A DNA stretch of 62,759 nucleotides, filler included. It is 10 parts of 10 records of this genome, joined end to end, with 100 filler letters (N's around TTAATTAATTAA, not from the genome) between each part and the next. Parts side by side here need not be neighbours in the genome. Positions count along the whole stretch, not along the records: positions 32,595 to 45,924 come from SRR20825010_1001; positions 46,025 to 50,930 come from SRR20825010_1015; positions 51,031 to 55,134 come from SRR20825010_1016; 7 more parts are not named here. The stretch is one strand, 5' to 3'. The notes beneath the pieces are model-generated. The model was not told where the DNA came from, made no database searches, and was given only the letters and a program-made list of their open reading frames with translations. The position numbers were made by a program, and so were the translations under genes. Of this stretch, positions 40,836 to 51,705 are shown piece after piece. Each line of letters opens with the position of its first letter. Position 1 is the first letter of the stretch.

Positions 40836-41299
40836 TTTTGGCCTCCCAGCCAGACACGGGCGAACGCGATAGCATCACTGGTATGGCACTCGGGGGTTGG
40901 TTGCCAACTGCTGTTCACCATGGCTTCCACCACCGGGCGTGAGGCAATGCGATCCTTCGGGCTGGTTTCCAGAAGAAAGCGAACCCAGGGTTCGCCGGAC
41001 AGGGATTCCGGGAGGCGTTCAGGGTAGCGGATACGCGCGGCTTGTTTCAGTAGAGCGTTCAGCGCGCCGAACCATTGGCTGTTGGGTGTTGCGGCCTGCT
41101 CCAGTCGGTTCAATTCTGTAATGGCGGTTTTCAGCCAGCGGTTTTTGCGCCGTTTTCGTCGGATCAGCACAAACGCCAGAATGCCCAGGGCAATTGCGAT
41201 AGCCATCAGCAACCACCAGCCGGGCGCCGGTGGCCAGAAGCCTCCGGATTGTGGCAGATGAATGTCTCTGAGCTGGCTCAGTGGGTCCTGTTGCATCAT
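40829..41299 (-). CDS. DUF4381 family protein
   Basis: LRDIHLP...WPPAPGWW plus TM helix. Confidence 0.88.
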   Translation of the reverse strand: MMQQDPLSQLRDIHLPQSGGFWPPAPGWWLLMAIAIALGILAFVLIRRKRRKNRWLKTAITELNRLEQAATPNSQWFGALNALLKQAARIRYPERLPESLSGEPWVRFLLETSPKDRIASRPVVEAMVNSSWQPTPECHTSDAIAFARVWLGGQKC

Positions 41300-41318
41300 G
41301 GGGTCTTTGCGGTTCCTG

Positions 41319-42269
41319 TCATCCGATGTGCCCCCGGGGGCCAAGCAGTGCCTGCAACGCCAACGCTGGCTGATCGCCGGTCATGACGCTGGCGGGCTGT
41401 ACCCCCGCCGTTCGAAAGCACTCCTCAAGGGCCTCTGTATGCTGGCGAACCTTGTCCGCATAGGCCCTCTGGAAGCGGGGGTTGCTGCTATCGAACCACA
41501 CCGGTCCGTCTTCGCCGGCAATGGCGAAACGACCGCTTTCAGGTAACTTCAGCTCCAATGGGTCAACAACTCTCAGTGCGCTGACCGTGTTGTGACGTGC
41601 CAGTGAACCGAGTAGCCGCGACGTTTCTGAGGTAATGGTCAGGAAGTCACTGATGACGAAAATGCGGCTACCGGTGTGGGCCACACGGCGAGCTTCCCGC
41701 AGGGCGGTATCCAGGGTGGCGTTTTCCACGCCGGCGGCCGCAACGGCGCTTGAGTCGCGCGTGCTTCTTTGCTGCCTTGCCACGGTGTCGAGGAACTGCA
41801 GTACCGATTTCTTGCGCCGCGCCGGGCGCTGTACGGTGAGTTCGTTGCCGTTGAAAACGATTCCTCCCACCTGATCGCCAGACCAGAGGGCAAGCCAGGC
41901 CAGGATACCGGCAATCTGGGCGCCGCGGACCTGTTTGTAGGCACCGGTGCTGGCGAAAAACAGTGAAGGCCCGAGGTCGCAAAGCAGGAGCACGGGGCGC
42001 TCGCGCTCTTCCTCGTAGAGCTTTGTGTGCGGCGACTGCCGTCGGGCGGTCACCCGCCAGTCGATGCTGCGGATATCGTCCCCGGGCTGATACTGGCGCA
42101 CTTCAGCAAAGGCCATGCCCCGCCCGCGCCGGGGAGAGCGTTGCAGGCCGGCCTGCCGGGATCTTACCGGGCGCGCAGCAGGCAACTTCAATGCGCGGGC
42201 ATCTGCCTGAAGGCGAATGAGACCGGAAAGGGGAATATGAGTCGCTGGCTCTTCGGGCGTCATGGTCAC
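41319..42269 (-). CDS. DUF58 family protein
   Basis: FAEVRQYQPGDDIRSIDWRVTAR, EERER, FVISDF. Confidence 0.93.
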   Translation of the reverse strand: MTMTPEEPATHIPLSGLIRLQADARALKLPAARPVRSRQAGLQRSPRRGRGMAFAEVRQYQPGDDIRSIDWRVTARRQSPHTKLYEEERERPVLLLCDLGPSLFFASTGAYKQVRGAQIAGILAWLALWSGDQVGGIVFNGNELTVQRPARRKKSVLQFLDTVARQQRSTRDSSAVAAAGVENATLDTALREARRVAHTGSRIFVISDFLTITSETSRLLGSLARHNTVSALRVVDPLELKLPESGRFAIAGEDGPVWFDSSNPRFQRAYADKVRQHTEALEECFRTAGVQPASVMTGDQPALALQALLGPRGHIG

Positions 42270-42273
42270 GGTG

Positions 42274-43236
42274 TCAGGCTGTTACCGGAACGCGGTCTAT
42301 CAGGCGCTGGATAATAGCATCTGCAGTCAGGCCTTCGGCTTCGGCTTCGAAGGTCAGCAAAATACGATGGCGAAGAACGTCGAAGGCAATGTTCCGCACA
42401 TCGTCCGGGCTGACGTAGTCCCGTCCTTCGAGCCACGCCATGGCTCTGGCGCAGCGGTCCAGCGCGATGGTGCCTCGTGGGCTGGCTCCGAAGGCAGTCC
42501 AGCGGGCCAGTTCCGGGTCGAGTGACGCCGGGTCACGGGTGGCCAGCACCAAAGCCAGCAGGTATTGCTCGACGGGCTCTGACATATAGATGTCGGAAAC
42601 CGCATGCCGGGCTTCGAAAACCTGGTCGGCCGTCAGGCGGACTTCAGCGGCCACCTGCCCACGGCGGTAGTCGTTGCGCGCCAGGTGAAGAATCTCTTTT
42701 TCGGCCACGGCGGACGGATAGTCAATCACTACATGCATCAGGAACCGGTCGAGCTGGGCTTCAGGCAGGGGGTAGGTGCCTTCCTGTTCGATGGGGTTCT
42801 GGGTGGCCATTACCATGAACAGGCGATCCAGCGGGAAGGTGCGCATGCCGACACTGACCTGGCGTTCGCCCATGGCTTCGAGTAACGCTGACTGTACCTT
42901 GGCCGGAGCCCGGTTAATTTCATCGGCCAGCACCAGGTTATGGAAGATAGGGCCATGCTGGAACTCGAATTGCCCGGTTTCGGCTCGGTAGATCTCACTG
43001 CCGGTGACGTCGGATGGCAGCAGGTCCGGGGTGAACTGGATACGGTGAAAGTCGCCTTCGAGGTGGTCGGCGAGGGCCTTGATAGCGGTGGTTTTGGCCA
43101 GGCCGGGAGCGCCCTCAACCAGCAGGTGGCCATCGGCCAACAGGGCAATCAGCAAACGGTCCACCAGTTTTTCCTGGCCAATAATCCTTTTTGCTAACTG
43201 AGACCTGAGCTCTCCAAACGTATGCTGTAATGCCAT
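42274..43236 (-). CDS. moxR: MoxR-family AAA+ ATPase
   Basis: GAPGLAKT, RIQFTPDLLPSD, LADEINR, ATQNPIEQEGTYPLPEAQLDRF. Confidence 0.95.
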   Translation of the reverse strand: MALQHTFGELRSQLAKRIIGQEKLVDRLLIALLADGHLLVEGAPGLAKTTAIKALADHLEGDFHRIQFTPDLLPSDVTGSEIYRAETGQFEFQHGPIFHNLVLADEINRAPAKVQSALLEAMGERQVSVGMRTFPLDRLFMVMATQNPIEQEGTYPLPEAQLDRFLMHVVIDYPSAVAEKEILHLARNDYRRGQVAAEVRLTADQVFEARHAVSDIYMSEPVEQYLLALVLATRDPASLDPELARWTAFGASPRGTIALDRCARAMAWLEGRDYVSPDDVRNIAFDVLRHRILLTFEAEAEGLTADAIIQRLIDRVPVTA

Positions 43237-43380
43237 GGGGGGTGTCCACTCCTACTGCAGAGACGGTTCGCGTAAGTAGATGCCGCAGTTTTCGCATCTG
43301 TGGGGCAAAAATCAAGGCTTTGACTATGCTTATGTGACGGTACACCGATTACGTTTATTTCACACTCACAGAGGTCGACT

Positions 43381-45924
43381 ATGAATGCGCTGACGATCGC
43401 CAGCAAGGAACAGTTTTTCCAACAGCTGGACGAAGCTTTCGCTGAAAAAATAGCGAAAACCGAAGCGAAAAAGATCAGTGAATTCGCGAAGCAGCATTAT
43501 GCTCACATTCCTCTTGAAGAACTTATAAGTCGACGATTTTCCGATACCTATGGGGCTATCCTTGCGGCCTGGCAATTTCTTCAGAAACGGTCCGCCGAGG
43601 AAACCCCTGTGTCCGTGTTCAATCCGGACCTCGAAAGTGATGGCTGGCAGTCAACGCATACTGTCATTTTTATTCTTCATCCGAATATGCCGTTTCTAAT
43701 CGATTCCCTGCGAATTGCCATTAACCAGCGGGAAATCGGTACCCACTCGATTCAGCACTCCATACTTCAGGTGGAGCGGGACACTCAGGGCAAACTGAAA
43801 AAACTGCATCCTCCGAAAAAGAAGTCCGCCAATGCCAGCTACGAGGCGTTCATTGTGCTGGAGATTGACCGGCATAGCAGCCCGGAAGACCTGAGATCGC
43901 TTGAAGAGGTGCTGCAAACCATTCTTCATGAAGTCCGAATAGCGGTCAGTGACTTCCCGATTGTGACTGAAAAAGTCAATGAAATCAGCCGGGAGCTGGA
44001 TAATACCACGGCCGGTATCGACGAGGAGGAAAAGGAAGAGGCGAAGGCCTTCCTGGCGTGGCTGGTCAAGGACCACTTCACCTTCCTCGGCTACGACGAA
44101 TACGATTTCGCCAAGGACAAGAGCGGGTTGGTGGTCCGCCGTGTGGAGAATTCCGAACTGGGCATCCTGCGGGTGAACAACGAGCGCCCGGATCGCGTTC
44201 GGCTCAATGAATTGCCACAGCGCACCCGGCATGAAATGACCCGCACCGATGATATCTTCATTTTCGCGAAGTCGGCCCAGCGTTCACGGGTTCACCGTCC
44301 GGCCTATCCGGACTACATCGCCGTCAAGAAGTTCAACAGCAAGGGCGAGGTGGTCGGCGAGCGCCGTTTCCTGGGGTTGTATACCTCACGGGTCTACAAC
44401 GAGCGCCCGGATGAAATTCCCCTGCTGCGCCGCAAGTTCCAGACGGTCATGCGGCGGTCGGGGTTCCTGCGTGATGACTACGCGGGCAAGGAGCTGGATC
44501 AGATCCTCACGGTGTATCCCCGGGACGAACTGTTCCAGATAGAGCCGGGCGAGCTGCTGTCCGTCGCCAAGAGCATTCTCTACATTCAGGAACGTCGTCG
44601 TATCGAGCTGTTCATGCGGGAAGACGTGTATGGCCAGTTCGTGACCTGCCTGGCGTTCTTCCCCCGGGATATCTACAACACCGAGTTGCGCCTGAAGGTC
44701 GAACAGGAGTTGCTGGAGACCCTGGGTGCCGAAGACATCGAATTTGTGACCCACTTTTCCGAATCGGTTCTGGCGCGGGTGCAGTTCACGATACGGGTGC
44801 CCCAGGTGGAAAACCGGCAGCTTCCGATTTCCGAGATTCGTGACAAGGTGATCGGGCTGGCACAGTCCTGGCGTGATGGCCTGCTGGAAGCGCTGACCGA
44901 GGCCTATGGCGAAGAGCAGGGTAACGAGATGTTCCGCGTGTACTCTGGCGGTTTCCCTGCCAGTTACAAAGACATGTTCTCGCCCCGGCGTGCTGCCATT
45001 GATCTTGAGCATATCTCCGGCGCAGCTGAGGAAAAGCATCTCACCATGAGCTTCTATCGGGCTCTGGAAGAGGATGAGAGTACGCTTCACTTTAAGCTTT
45101 TCTACCCGGATGAGCCGCTACCGCTGTCCGATGTGATGCCCATATTCGACAATCTGGGTTTCCGGGTGATCGGCGAGCACCCCTTTGAAGTCAGTGACCG
45201 GAAAGGCAAGACCGTATGGATACACGACTTCACCCTGCAGGCGCACAGTGGGAAAGTGGTGGATATCCATCGTATCCGGCCTATTTTCGAGGATCTGTTC
45301 CGTCGCGTGTGGTACGGCGATGCCGAGAATGACGCCTTCAACAGGCTGCTGCTGTCCTCCTACATGAGCTGGCGGGAGATCGCCTTGCTGCGGACCTTCG
45401 CCCGTTACATGCGTCAGATCCGCTTTTCCAACAGCCAGACCTTTATCTCCAACACTCTGGTCAACCATGTGGACTTGACGCGGTTGTTGCTGGAATTCTT
45501 TGAGGTGCGCTTCAATCCGGAGCGTTACCAGAGCGAGGGCAAAAGTGCGGCTGCGCAACAGAAGCTTGAGATCGAGTTCAACGCCGGGCTGGATGAGGTA
45601 GAGAACCTGAGTGAAGACCGGGTCCTGCGCCTGTTCCTGGAGCTGATGCAGGCTACCCTGCGTACCAACTATTACCAGCCCGACGGCGAAGGTAAGACAA
45701 AGCCCTATATCAGTGTGAAATTCGACCCCTCCCGCATTCCGGATATGCCGCTGCCCATGCCCATGTTCGAGATTTTCGTCTACTCACCGCGGGTTGAGGG
45801 CGTGCATCTGCGTGGTGGCAAGGTGGCCCGAGGGGGCTTGCGCTGGTCCGACCGTTTCGAGGACTATCGCACCGAGATTCTCGGGCTGGTGAAAGCCCAG
45901 CAGGTCAAGAACGCGGTGATCGTG
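43381..45924 (+). CDS. gdhB: Large NAD-specific glutamate dehydrogenase; 3' truncated
   Basis: HFTFLGY, SRVHRPAY, GERRFLGLYTS, ATLRTNY, VEGVHLRGGKVARGGLRWSDR, AQQVKNAVIV. Confidence 0.95.
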
Positions 45925-46024
45925 NNNNNNNNNNNNNNNNNNNNNNNNNNNNNNNNNNNNNNNNNNNNTTAATTAATTAANNNNNNNNNNNNNNNNNNNN
46001 NNNNNNNNNNNNNNNNNNNNNNNN
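45925..46024. other. Synthetic contig spacer
   Basis: N44-TTAATTAATTAA-N44. Confidence 0.98.
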
Positions 46025-47804
46025 CATCCTGCGCAACCTGTTTTCGATCGTGGTGCCCGGCGGGCTGGAACTCACCGGGCTGATGACCATCCTGGTCGTG
46101 CTGTCGACCGTCAGCGTGGTCGAGATCGAACGCAATCACGTGCAGGTCGATCTCGTGCTGAACGCAATGCCCGACCATGCACGGCTGCCGACCATTGCCG
46201 GCGGCCTGATCCTCGCCTTTTCGACGATGCTGATCACCGCGACGGACGTTGCCCGGCAGGTATTGTATCTCAGCGACAACGGCATCGTCACCGGCGTGCT
46301 GGCGCTTCCCGAATGGCCGTTCGTGGCGGCGGCGGCCGTGTTCCTGTTTCTGTTTTCCATCGCCCTTCTCGCCAATCTTCTCGCGGCCCTTGCGCAGATC
46401 GCGGCAAAGCCGGATCCGCGTTCGCTGCTGATTCTGGCCTTATGGGTCGCGGCAGCGGCGGGTATCCTGTTCCTCTGCTTCTATCCCAGTCTCTCGCCCT
46501 TCGATTTCTCACGCAGCACAAGGGCGCTGCTGTCGATCGGGCTCTGCTTCGGGATGATCTTCCTCGGCGTTCATGTCGCCGCCGCCATGGGGCTGACGGC
46601 CCTTGTCGGCATCTCCGTGCTGATTGCGCCGGGGGCAAGCTTCACCAGCCTTGCCACCACCTCGATCTCGGTCGTCAGCGACCAGACCTGGAGCGTGGTG
46701 CCGCTGTTTACCTGGATGGGGCTGATCGTGGTCGCGTCCGGTTTTGCCTCGGAGCTTTACCGCTCCGCCAATCGCTGGATCGGGCATCTGCCGGGCGGGC
46801 TTGCATCGGCCAGCACGATCGCCTGCGCCGGGCTTTCCTCGATCGTCGGCGATACGCTCTCCGGCGTCTATTCCATGGGCGCGATCGCGCTGCCGGAAAT
46901 GCGCGCCCACCGCTATGACATGAAGCTTGCCACCGCCTCGATCGCCTGCGCCGCCACGATCGGGGTGATGATCCCCCCAAGCCTCGCCTTCATCGTCTAC
47001 GGCATGATCACCGAGGTCTCGATCGGCAAGCTGTTCATGGCGGGCATCCTGCCGGGCGTGCTGTTCGCGGTGATCCTGATCGGCTTCATCACCATCCGCG
47101 CGGCACTCCATCCCGAACTTGCCCCGCGCGGCGAAAAAAGCAGCTGGGGCGAACGTATAAGCTCGAGCCTGTCGACCTGGCCGATCCTGCTTTTGATCCT
47201 GCTCGTGCTCGGCGGCATCTATTCCGGCGCGGTCACGCCCAACGAGGCGGCAGGGCTCGGCGTGTTCGGCGCGCTTGCAATCGCCACGGCTATGGGCCGG
47301 ATGAACCTGGAAAAATTCATCACGTCGATCTCCGCGACGCTCCGGCTGACGGCCGGCATTATCGTGATCTTCATGTTCGCCGCCGCCTTCAGCCGGTTCA
47401 TCGCGCTGTCCGGCCTGACCCAGCAGCTTGCCGATCTGGTGATCAGCCTCGATCTCGGCAAATACCAGATCATCGTCGCCATTCTGGCGTTCTATCTGGT
47501 GATCGGCATGTTCATGAACGCGCTGCCGGCGCTGGTGCTGACGGTACCGCTGTTCTTCCCGGTCGCCATGAATGCCGGCTTCGATCCCGTCTGGTTCGGG
47601 GTCGTGGTGGTGATCATGGTCGAGCTTGGCGTGGTCACGCCGCCGGTCGGCGTCAATGTGTTCGCGATCTCGGCGATCGCCCGCGATGTGCCGATGTATG
47701 ACATCTTTCGCGGCGTTCTGCCGTTCTGGCTCGCCTATCTGGTGCTGATCGGCCTGATCGTCATCTTCCCGCAGATCAGCCTCTTCCTGCCATCCCTGAT
47801 GTAG
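46025..47804 (+). CDS. TRAP transporter DctQ-DctM fusion permease; 5' truncated
   Basis: DctQ-like N-part (ILRNLF...HVQVDL) fused to DctM (VPLFTWMG, IPPS, FDPVWFGV, TPPVGVN). Confidence 0.88.
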
Positions 47805-47828
47805 GACCGTTTCAACAGGAGTTTCACC

Positions 47829-48758
47829 ATGACCATCGATCTTGCCAACCGCGTCGCAATCGTCACGGGCGCCGGCGGCGGGCTTGGACGTCAACATGCG
47901 CTGGCGCTGGCAAAACGTGGCGCCAAGGTGGTCGTCAACGATCTCGGCGGCAATCTCGACGGCACCGGCGGCTCCTCGGCTGCGGCCGAAGGCGTGGTCG
48001 CGCAAATCCGCGAGGCCGGCGGCGAGGCTTTCGCCAGCGGCGCCTCGGTGACCGATTACGCCGCCGTGACTGCCATGGTGGCCGAGGCGACCGAGCGCTG
48101 GGGCGGCGTCGATATCCTCGTCGCCAATGCCGGCATCCTGCGCGACAAATCCTTCGCCAAGATGGAAATCGAAGATTTCAGGGCGGTGTTCGACGTTCAT
48201 GTCATGGGCTCGGTCAATTGCGCCAAGGCGGTGTGGGACGGCATGCGCCAGCGCGGCCATGGCCGCATCGTCTTCACCACCTCCTCCAGCGGCCTGTTCG
48301 GCAATTTCGGCCAGGCGAATTACGGCGCGGCCAAGATGGCGCTGGTCGGGTTGATGACCACGCTGGCGCTCGAAGGCGAGAAATACGACATCAGGGTCAA
48401 TTGCCTGGCGCCTTCCGCCGGCACCCGCATGCTGGAAGGCCTCGTTCCCGACGAGCAGCTCAAGGCGCTTGCGCCCGAGTTTGTCAGTCCGGCCGTCGTC
48501 GCGCTCGCGGCCAAGGACGCCCCGACCAGAACGGTGATCTGCGCCGGCGCGGGCAGTTTCGAGACAGCCCGCATCCTGATGAGCCGCGGCATTCATATCG
48601 GCGCGGCCGACGATGCAGCCGAACAGGTGCTCGCCGCCATGGACAAGCTCAAGAACATGGATGATTTCATCGATCCCCCGAGCGGCTTCGCCCAGCCGCA
48701 ACACGAACTTGCCTTGGCCGGCTTCAACAGCGAGGCCGGCTTCAACAGCGAGGATTGA
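47829..48758 (+). CDS. SDR oxidoreductase (hydroxyacyl-CoA dehydrogenase / MFE-2-like)
   Basis: TGAGGGLG, VVNDLG, NAGILRD, GNFGQANYGAAK. Confidence 0.92.
   Translation: MTIDLANRVAIVTGAGGGLGRQHALALAKRGAKVVVNDLGGNLDGTGGSSAAAEGVVAQIREAGGEAFASGASVTDYAAVTAMVAEATERWGGVDILVANAGILRDKSFAKMEIEDFRAVFDVHVMGSVNCAKAVWDGMRQRGHGRIVFTTSSSGLFGNFGQANYGAAKMALVGLMTTLALEGEKYDIRVNCLAPSAGTRMLEGLVPDEQLKALAPEFVSPAVVALAAKDAPTRTVICAGAGSFETARILMSRGIHIGAADDAAEQVLAAMDKLKNMDDFIDPPSGFAQPQHELALAGFNSEAGFNSED
48716..48753 (+). repeat. 18-bp tandem duplication in the SDR 3' end
   Basis: GGCCGGCTTCAACAGCGA x2, encoding AGFNSE-AGFNSE. Confidence 0.9.
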
Positions 48759-48761
48759 ACA

Positions 48762-49934
48762 ATGCGCGATGCCGTGATCGTTTCCACCGCGCGCACCCCG
48801 ATCGGCAAGGCCTATCGCGGCGCGTTCAACATCACCCCGGCCCCGACCCTTGCCGCCCATGCCATCCGCGCCGCAATCGAGCGCGCCGGACTTGAAGGCG
48901 GCGAGATCGACGACAGCGTGTTCGGCGCGGCGCTGCCGCAGGGCTATCAGCACATGATCGGCCGCACCGCGCCGATGCGCGCCGGTCTGCCGCAGACGGT
49001 TGCCGGCATGACCATCGACCGGCAGTGCTCCTCCGGCCTGATGGCGATCGCAACCGCGTCCAAACAGGTCACCGTCGACCGCATGGACATCGTGCTGGCA
49101 GGCGGCGTGGAGTCGATATCGACAGTGCAGACCGAGGCGTTGCGCGTCGATGAGGATGCGGCGCTGCTGGCGCTCCACGACGACATGTTCATGCCGATGA
49201 TCGATACCGCCGAGGTGGTCGCCGCCCGTTATGGCATTGCGCGCGAAGCACAGGATGCCTATGCGCTGCAATCCCAGCAACGCACCGCGAAAGCCCAGCA
49301 AGCCGGCCGTTTCGACGACGAGATCATCCCGGTCGCCGCCACGATGCGGGTCACCGACAAGGCGACGGGCGAGACATCCGAGTGTGAGATCATCCTTCAG
49401 CGCGACGAAGGCAACCGACCGGAAACCACGGCAGAGGGTCTTGCCGGTCTTCGGGCCGTGCGCGACGGCGGCGTGATCTCAGCAGGCAATGCCAGCCAGT
49501 TGTCCGACGGCGCGTCGGCTGTGATCGTGATGGAGGCGGGGCTTGCCGAGCGCCGCGGCCTTGCCCCGCTCGGCCGCTATGTCGGCATGGCGGTTGCCGG
49601 CACCAGACCGGACGAGATGGGCATCGGCCCGGTATTCGCAGTGCCGAAACTGCTGGAACGCTTCGGCCTCGGCATCGATGATATCGGGCTCTGGGAACTG
49701 AACGAGGCGTTCGCGGTGCAGGTGCTCTATTGCCGCGACCGGCTCGGCATTGCCGACGACATCCTGAACGTCGACGGCGGCGCGATCTCGATCGGCCATC
49801 CATACGGCATGTCCGGCGCGCGCATGGTCGGCCATGCGCTGATCGAGGGCCGCAGGCGCGGCGTCAGATACGCCGTCGTCACCATGTGCGTGGGCGGCGG
49901 CATGGGGGCTGCCGGCCTGTTCGAGGTATTCTGA
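48762..49934 (+). CDS. Acetyl-CoA C-acyltransferase (thiolase)
   Basis: RQCSSG, ELNEAFA, GHPYG, MCVGGG. Confidence 0.95.
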   Translation: MRDAVIVSTARTPIGKAYRGAFNITPAPTLAAHAIRAAIERAGLEGGEIDDSVFGAALPQGYQHMIGRTAPMRAGLPQTVAGMTIDRQCSSGLMAIATASKQVTVDRMDIVLAGGVESISTVQTEALRVDEDAALLALHDDMFMPMIDTAEVVAARYGIAREAQDAYALQSQQRTAKAQQAGRFDDEIIPVAATMRVTDKATGETSECEIILQRDEGNRPETTAEGLAGLRAVRDGGVISAGNASQLSDGASAVIVMEAGLAERRGLAPLGRYVGMAVAGTRPDEMGIGPVFAVPKLLERFGLGIDDIGLWELNEAFAVQVLYCRDRLGIADDILNVDGGAISIGHPYGMSGARMVGHALIEGRRRGVRYAVVTMCVGGGMGAAGLFEVF

Positions 49935-50383
49935 TGACTTCGCTTGGCGAACTGAAGGCTGCGGTCGGTTCCGAACTGGGCGTCTCGGACTGGCATCTGG
50001 CGGACCAGAGCCGGATTTCCGGCTTTGCCGATGTCACCGAGGACCATCAATTTATCCATACCGATCCAACGCGGGCGACGGCCACGCCGCTTGGCGGGGT
50101 CATCGCCCATGGGTTTCTCACGCTCTCGCTGCTTTCGGTGTTTTTCTCCGAGGTGGTCGGCGAGGTCGAAGACGCGGCGATGTCGATGAATTACGGCCTG
50201 GATTCGGTGCGAATGCTGAACCCGGTTCCGGTTGAAAGCCGGGTGCGCGGCAGGTTCTCGCTGGACAATTGCACGGAGCGCCGGCCCGGTCAGTGGCTGC
50301 TCTCCTTCAGGGCGACCGTCGAGATCGAAGATCAGGAAAAACCCGCCCTTGTTGCAAACTGGCTGGTTCTGGTATTCGCCTGA
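49934..50383 (+). CDS. MaoC/NodN-family (R)-specific enoyl-CoA hydratase
   Basis: FADVTEDHQFIHTD, IAHGFLTLSL, NYG; TGATG overlap with the thiolase. Confidence 0.9.
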   Translation: MTSLGELKAAVGSELGVSDWHLADQSRISGFADVTEDHQFIHTDPTRATATPLGGVIAHGFLTLSLLSVFFSEVVGEVEDAAMSMNYGLDSVRMLNPVPVESRVRGRFSLDNCTERRPGQWLLSFRATVEIEDQEKPALVANWLVLVFA

Positions 50384-50406
50384 CGCGCCCGCCCGGTGAA
50401 ATCGCC

Positions 50407-50769
50407 TCAGCGTTTCAGGTGTTGCGCCAGCACGGCCTCCAGTTCCCCGATCGCATTCTCGTCGAGCATGCCGATGCCGCGCGACAGCCGGTTGGCGAAG
50501 GCGGTGTGGGCGGAAGGCAGGCCGATCGTATCGATGACGACGCGCGGATCCGACCGGTCGGCGATGTCGAAGAACGCCTCGGCATCATCCCAGATGATGT
50601 GGAAATAGCCCGCAACCCGCTGCAGGAAATCGAAGCTCGGCTTGCCGCGCCGGCCGTGTTCGAGCGCCGACAGATAGGCGGGCGAGACGCCGATGGCCTC
50701 GGCCATCTGCTTTTGCGTCACCCCGCGTCTTGCACGCAGTTCCCGCACGGCATCGCCGAAGGGGGTCAT
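50407..50769 (-). CDS. XRE-family HTH protein
   Basis: MTPFG...QKQMAEAIGVSPAYLSALEHGRRG. Confidence 0.88.
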   Translation of the reverse strand: MTPFGDAVRELRARRGVTQKQMAEAIGVSPAYLSALEHGRRGKPSFDFLQRVAGYFHIIWDDAEAFFDIADRSDPRVVIDTIGLPSAHTAFANRLSRGIGMLDENAIGELEAVLAQHLKR

Positions 50770-50930
50770 GCGGGCCCTCCCTTCCTGCGCGCAAGCCGGA
50801 CATAGAGCGCGCCTTCGCCGCCATGGTTTCGGGCGGCGGTCTCGTAGGAGGAGATCAGCGGCCGGAAATCCGGCAGCGAGAACCACAGCGGCACCGTGCG
50901 CTTCAGGACGCCGTCGCTTCCGAAGGACGC
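50766..50930 (-). CDS. Smr/MutS2 domain protein, C-terminus (absent from the ORF track); 5' truncated
   Basis: Manual translation ASFGSDGVLKRTVPLWF...ARNHGGEGALYVRLARRKGGPA*; ATGA overlap with the HTH gene. Confidence 0.85.
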   Translation of the reverse strand, partial: ASFGSDGVLKRTVPLWFSLPDFRPLISSYETAARNHGGEGALYVRLARRKGGPA

Positions 50931-51030
50931 NNNNNNNNNNNNNNNNNNNNNNNNNNNNNNNNNNNNNNNNNNNNTTAATTAATTAANNNNNNNNNNNNNN
51001 NNNNNNNNNNNNNNNNNNNNNNNNNNNNNN
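50931..51030. other. Synthetic contig spacer
   Basis: N44-TTAATTAATTAA-N44. Confidence 0.98.
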
Positions 51031-51060
51031 CTGGATGCTCGGGTCAAGCCCGAGCATGAC
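51031..51060. repeat. Alphaproteobacterial REP-like palindrome (partial)
   Basis: CTGG-ATGCTCGGG-TCAAG-CCCGAGCAT-GAC at the contig edge. Confidence 0.7.
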
Positions 51061-51147
51061 TCGAGAGAAGGAGGGCGCGGGCAGTAAACCGACAGCCTCG
51101 AGCCCCTCCCGCCTTCGCCCTTAACGCCCTATCCTCCCGAGGCCCCT

Positions 51148-51705
51148 ATGTCCGCGTTCTGGTCATTTGTCGACAAGTTCGAAAGCCATGTCTGCCGCGT
51201 GCTTCTGGCCGTGTTCGTGACGCTTCTGTTCGTGCAGATCGTCGCCCGCCAGATGTTCGGCTTCTCGATCACCTGGATCGAGGAACTTTCGGTCATTCTT
51301 TTCGTCTGGTTTGCCTATTTCGGCGCGTCCTATGCCGCGCGGATTGCGGCCCATAACCGCGTCACCTTCCATCTGAACGCGATGTCGCGCGAAAAGGCCC
51401 GCATCGTCGAGGCCATCGGCGATGCGTTCTGGATCGCCTTCAACATCGTTTTTATAGTCGAATCAATCGATTTCATCGGCCGCCTGAAGCCATTCGTGAA
51501 GGCGCAGACGCTGGGCTGGGAGATGCGCTACATCTATCTGGCGCTGCCGATCGCGTTCACGCTGATGACGATCCGCATCCTTCAGGTAAACTACATGAAG
51601 CTGGTGATGGGCATCGATCCGGCAGATCCGGACAAGGCGAGCGTCGAGGCGGCGATGGAGTTGGCCTCCGACGAGCAGATCGCCTATGATCGGAGGCACC
51701 CCTGA
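51148..51705 (+). CDS. TRAP small permease (DctQ; TauL-like)
   Basis: 4 TM helices, WIEELS, GASYA, HNRV. Confidence 0.9.
   Translation: MSAFWSFVDKFESHVCRVLLAVFVTLLFVQIVARQMFGFSITWIEELSVILFVWFAYFGASYAARIAAHNRVTFHLNAMSREKARIVEAIGDAFWIAFNIVFIVESIDFIGRLKPFVKAQTLGWEMRYIYLALPIAFTLMTIRILQVNYMKLVMGIDPADPDKASVEAAMELASDEQIAYDRRHP

Noticed and set aside
46509..49301. 930-aa minus-strand ORF
   Set aside because: Antisense shadow of the TRAP, SDR and thiolase genes in high-GC DNA; no recognisable motifs
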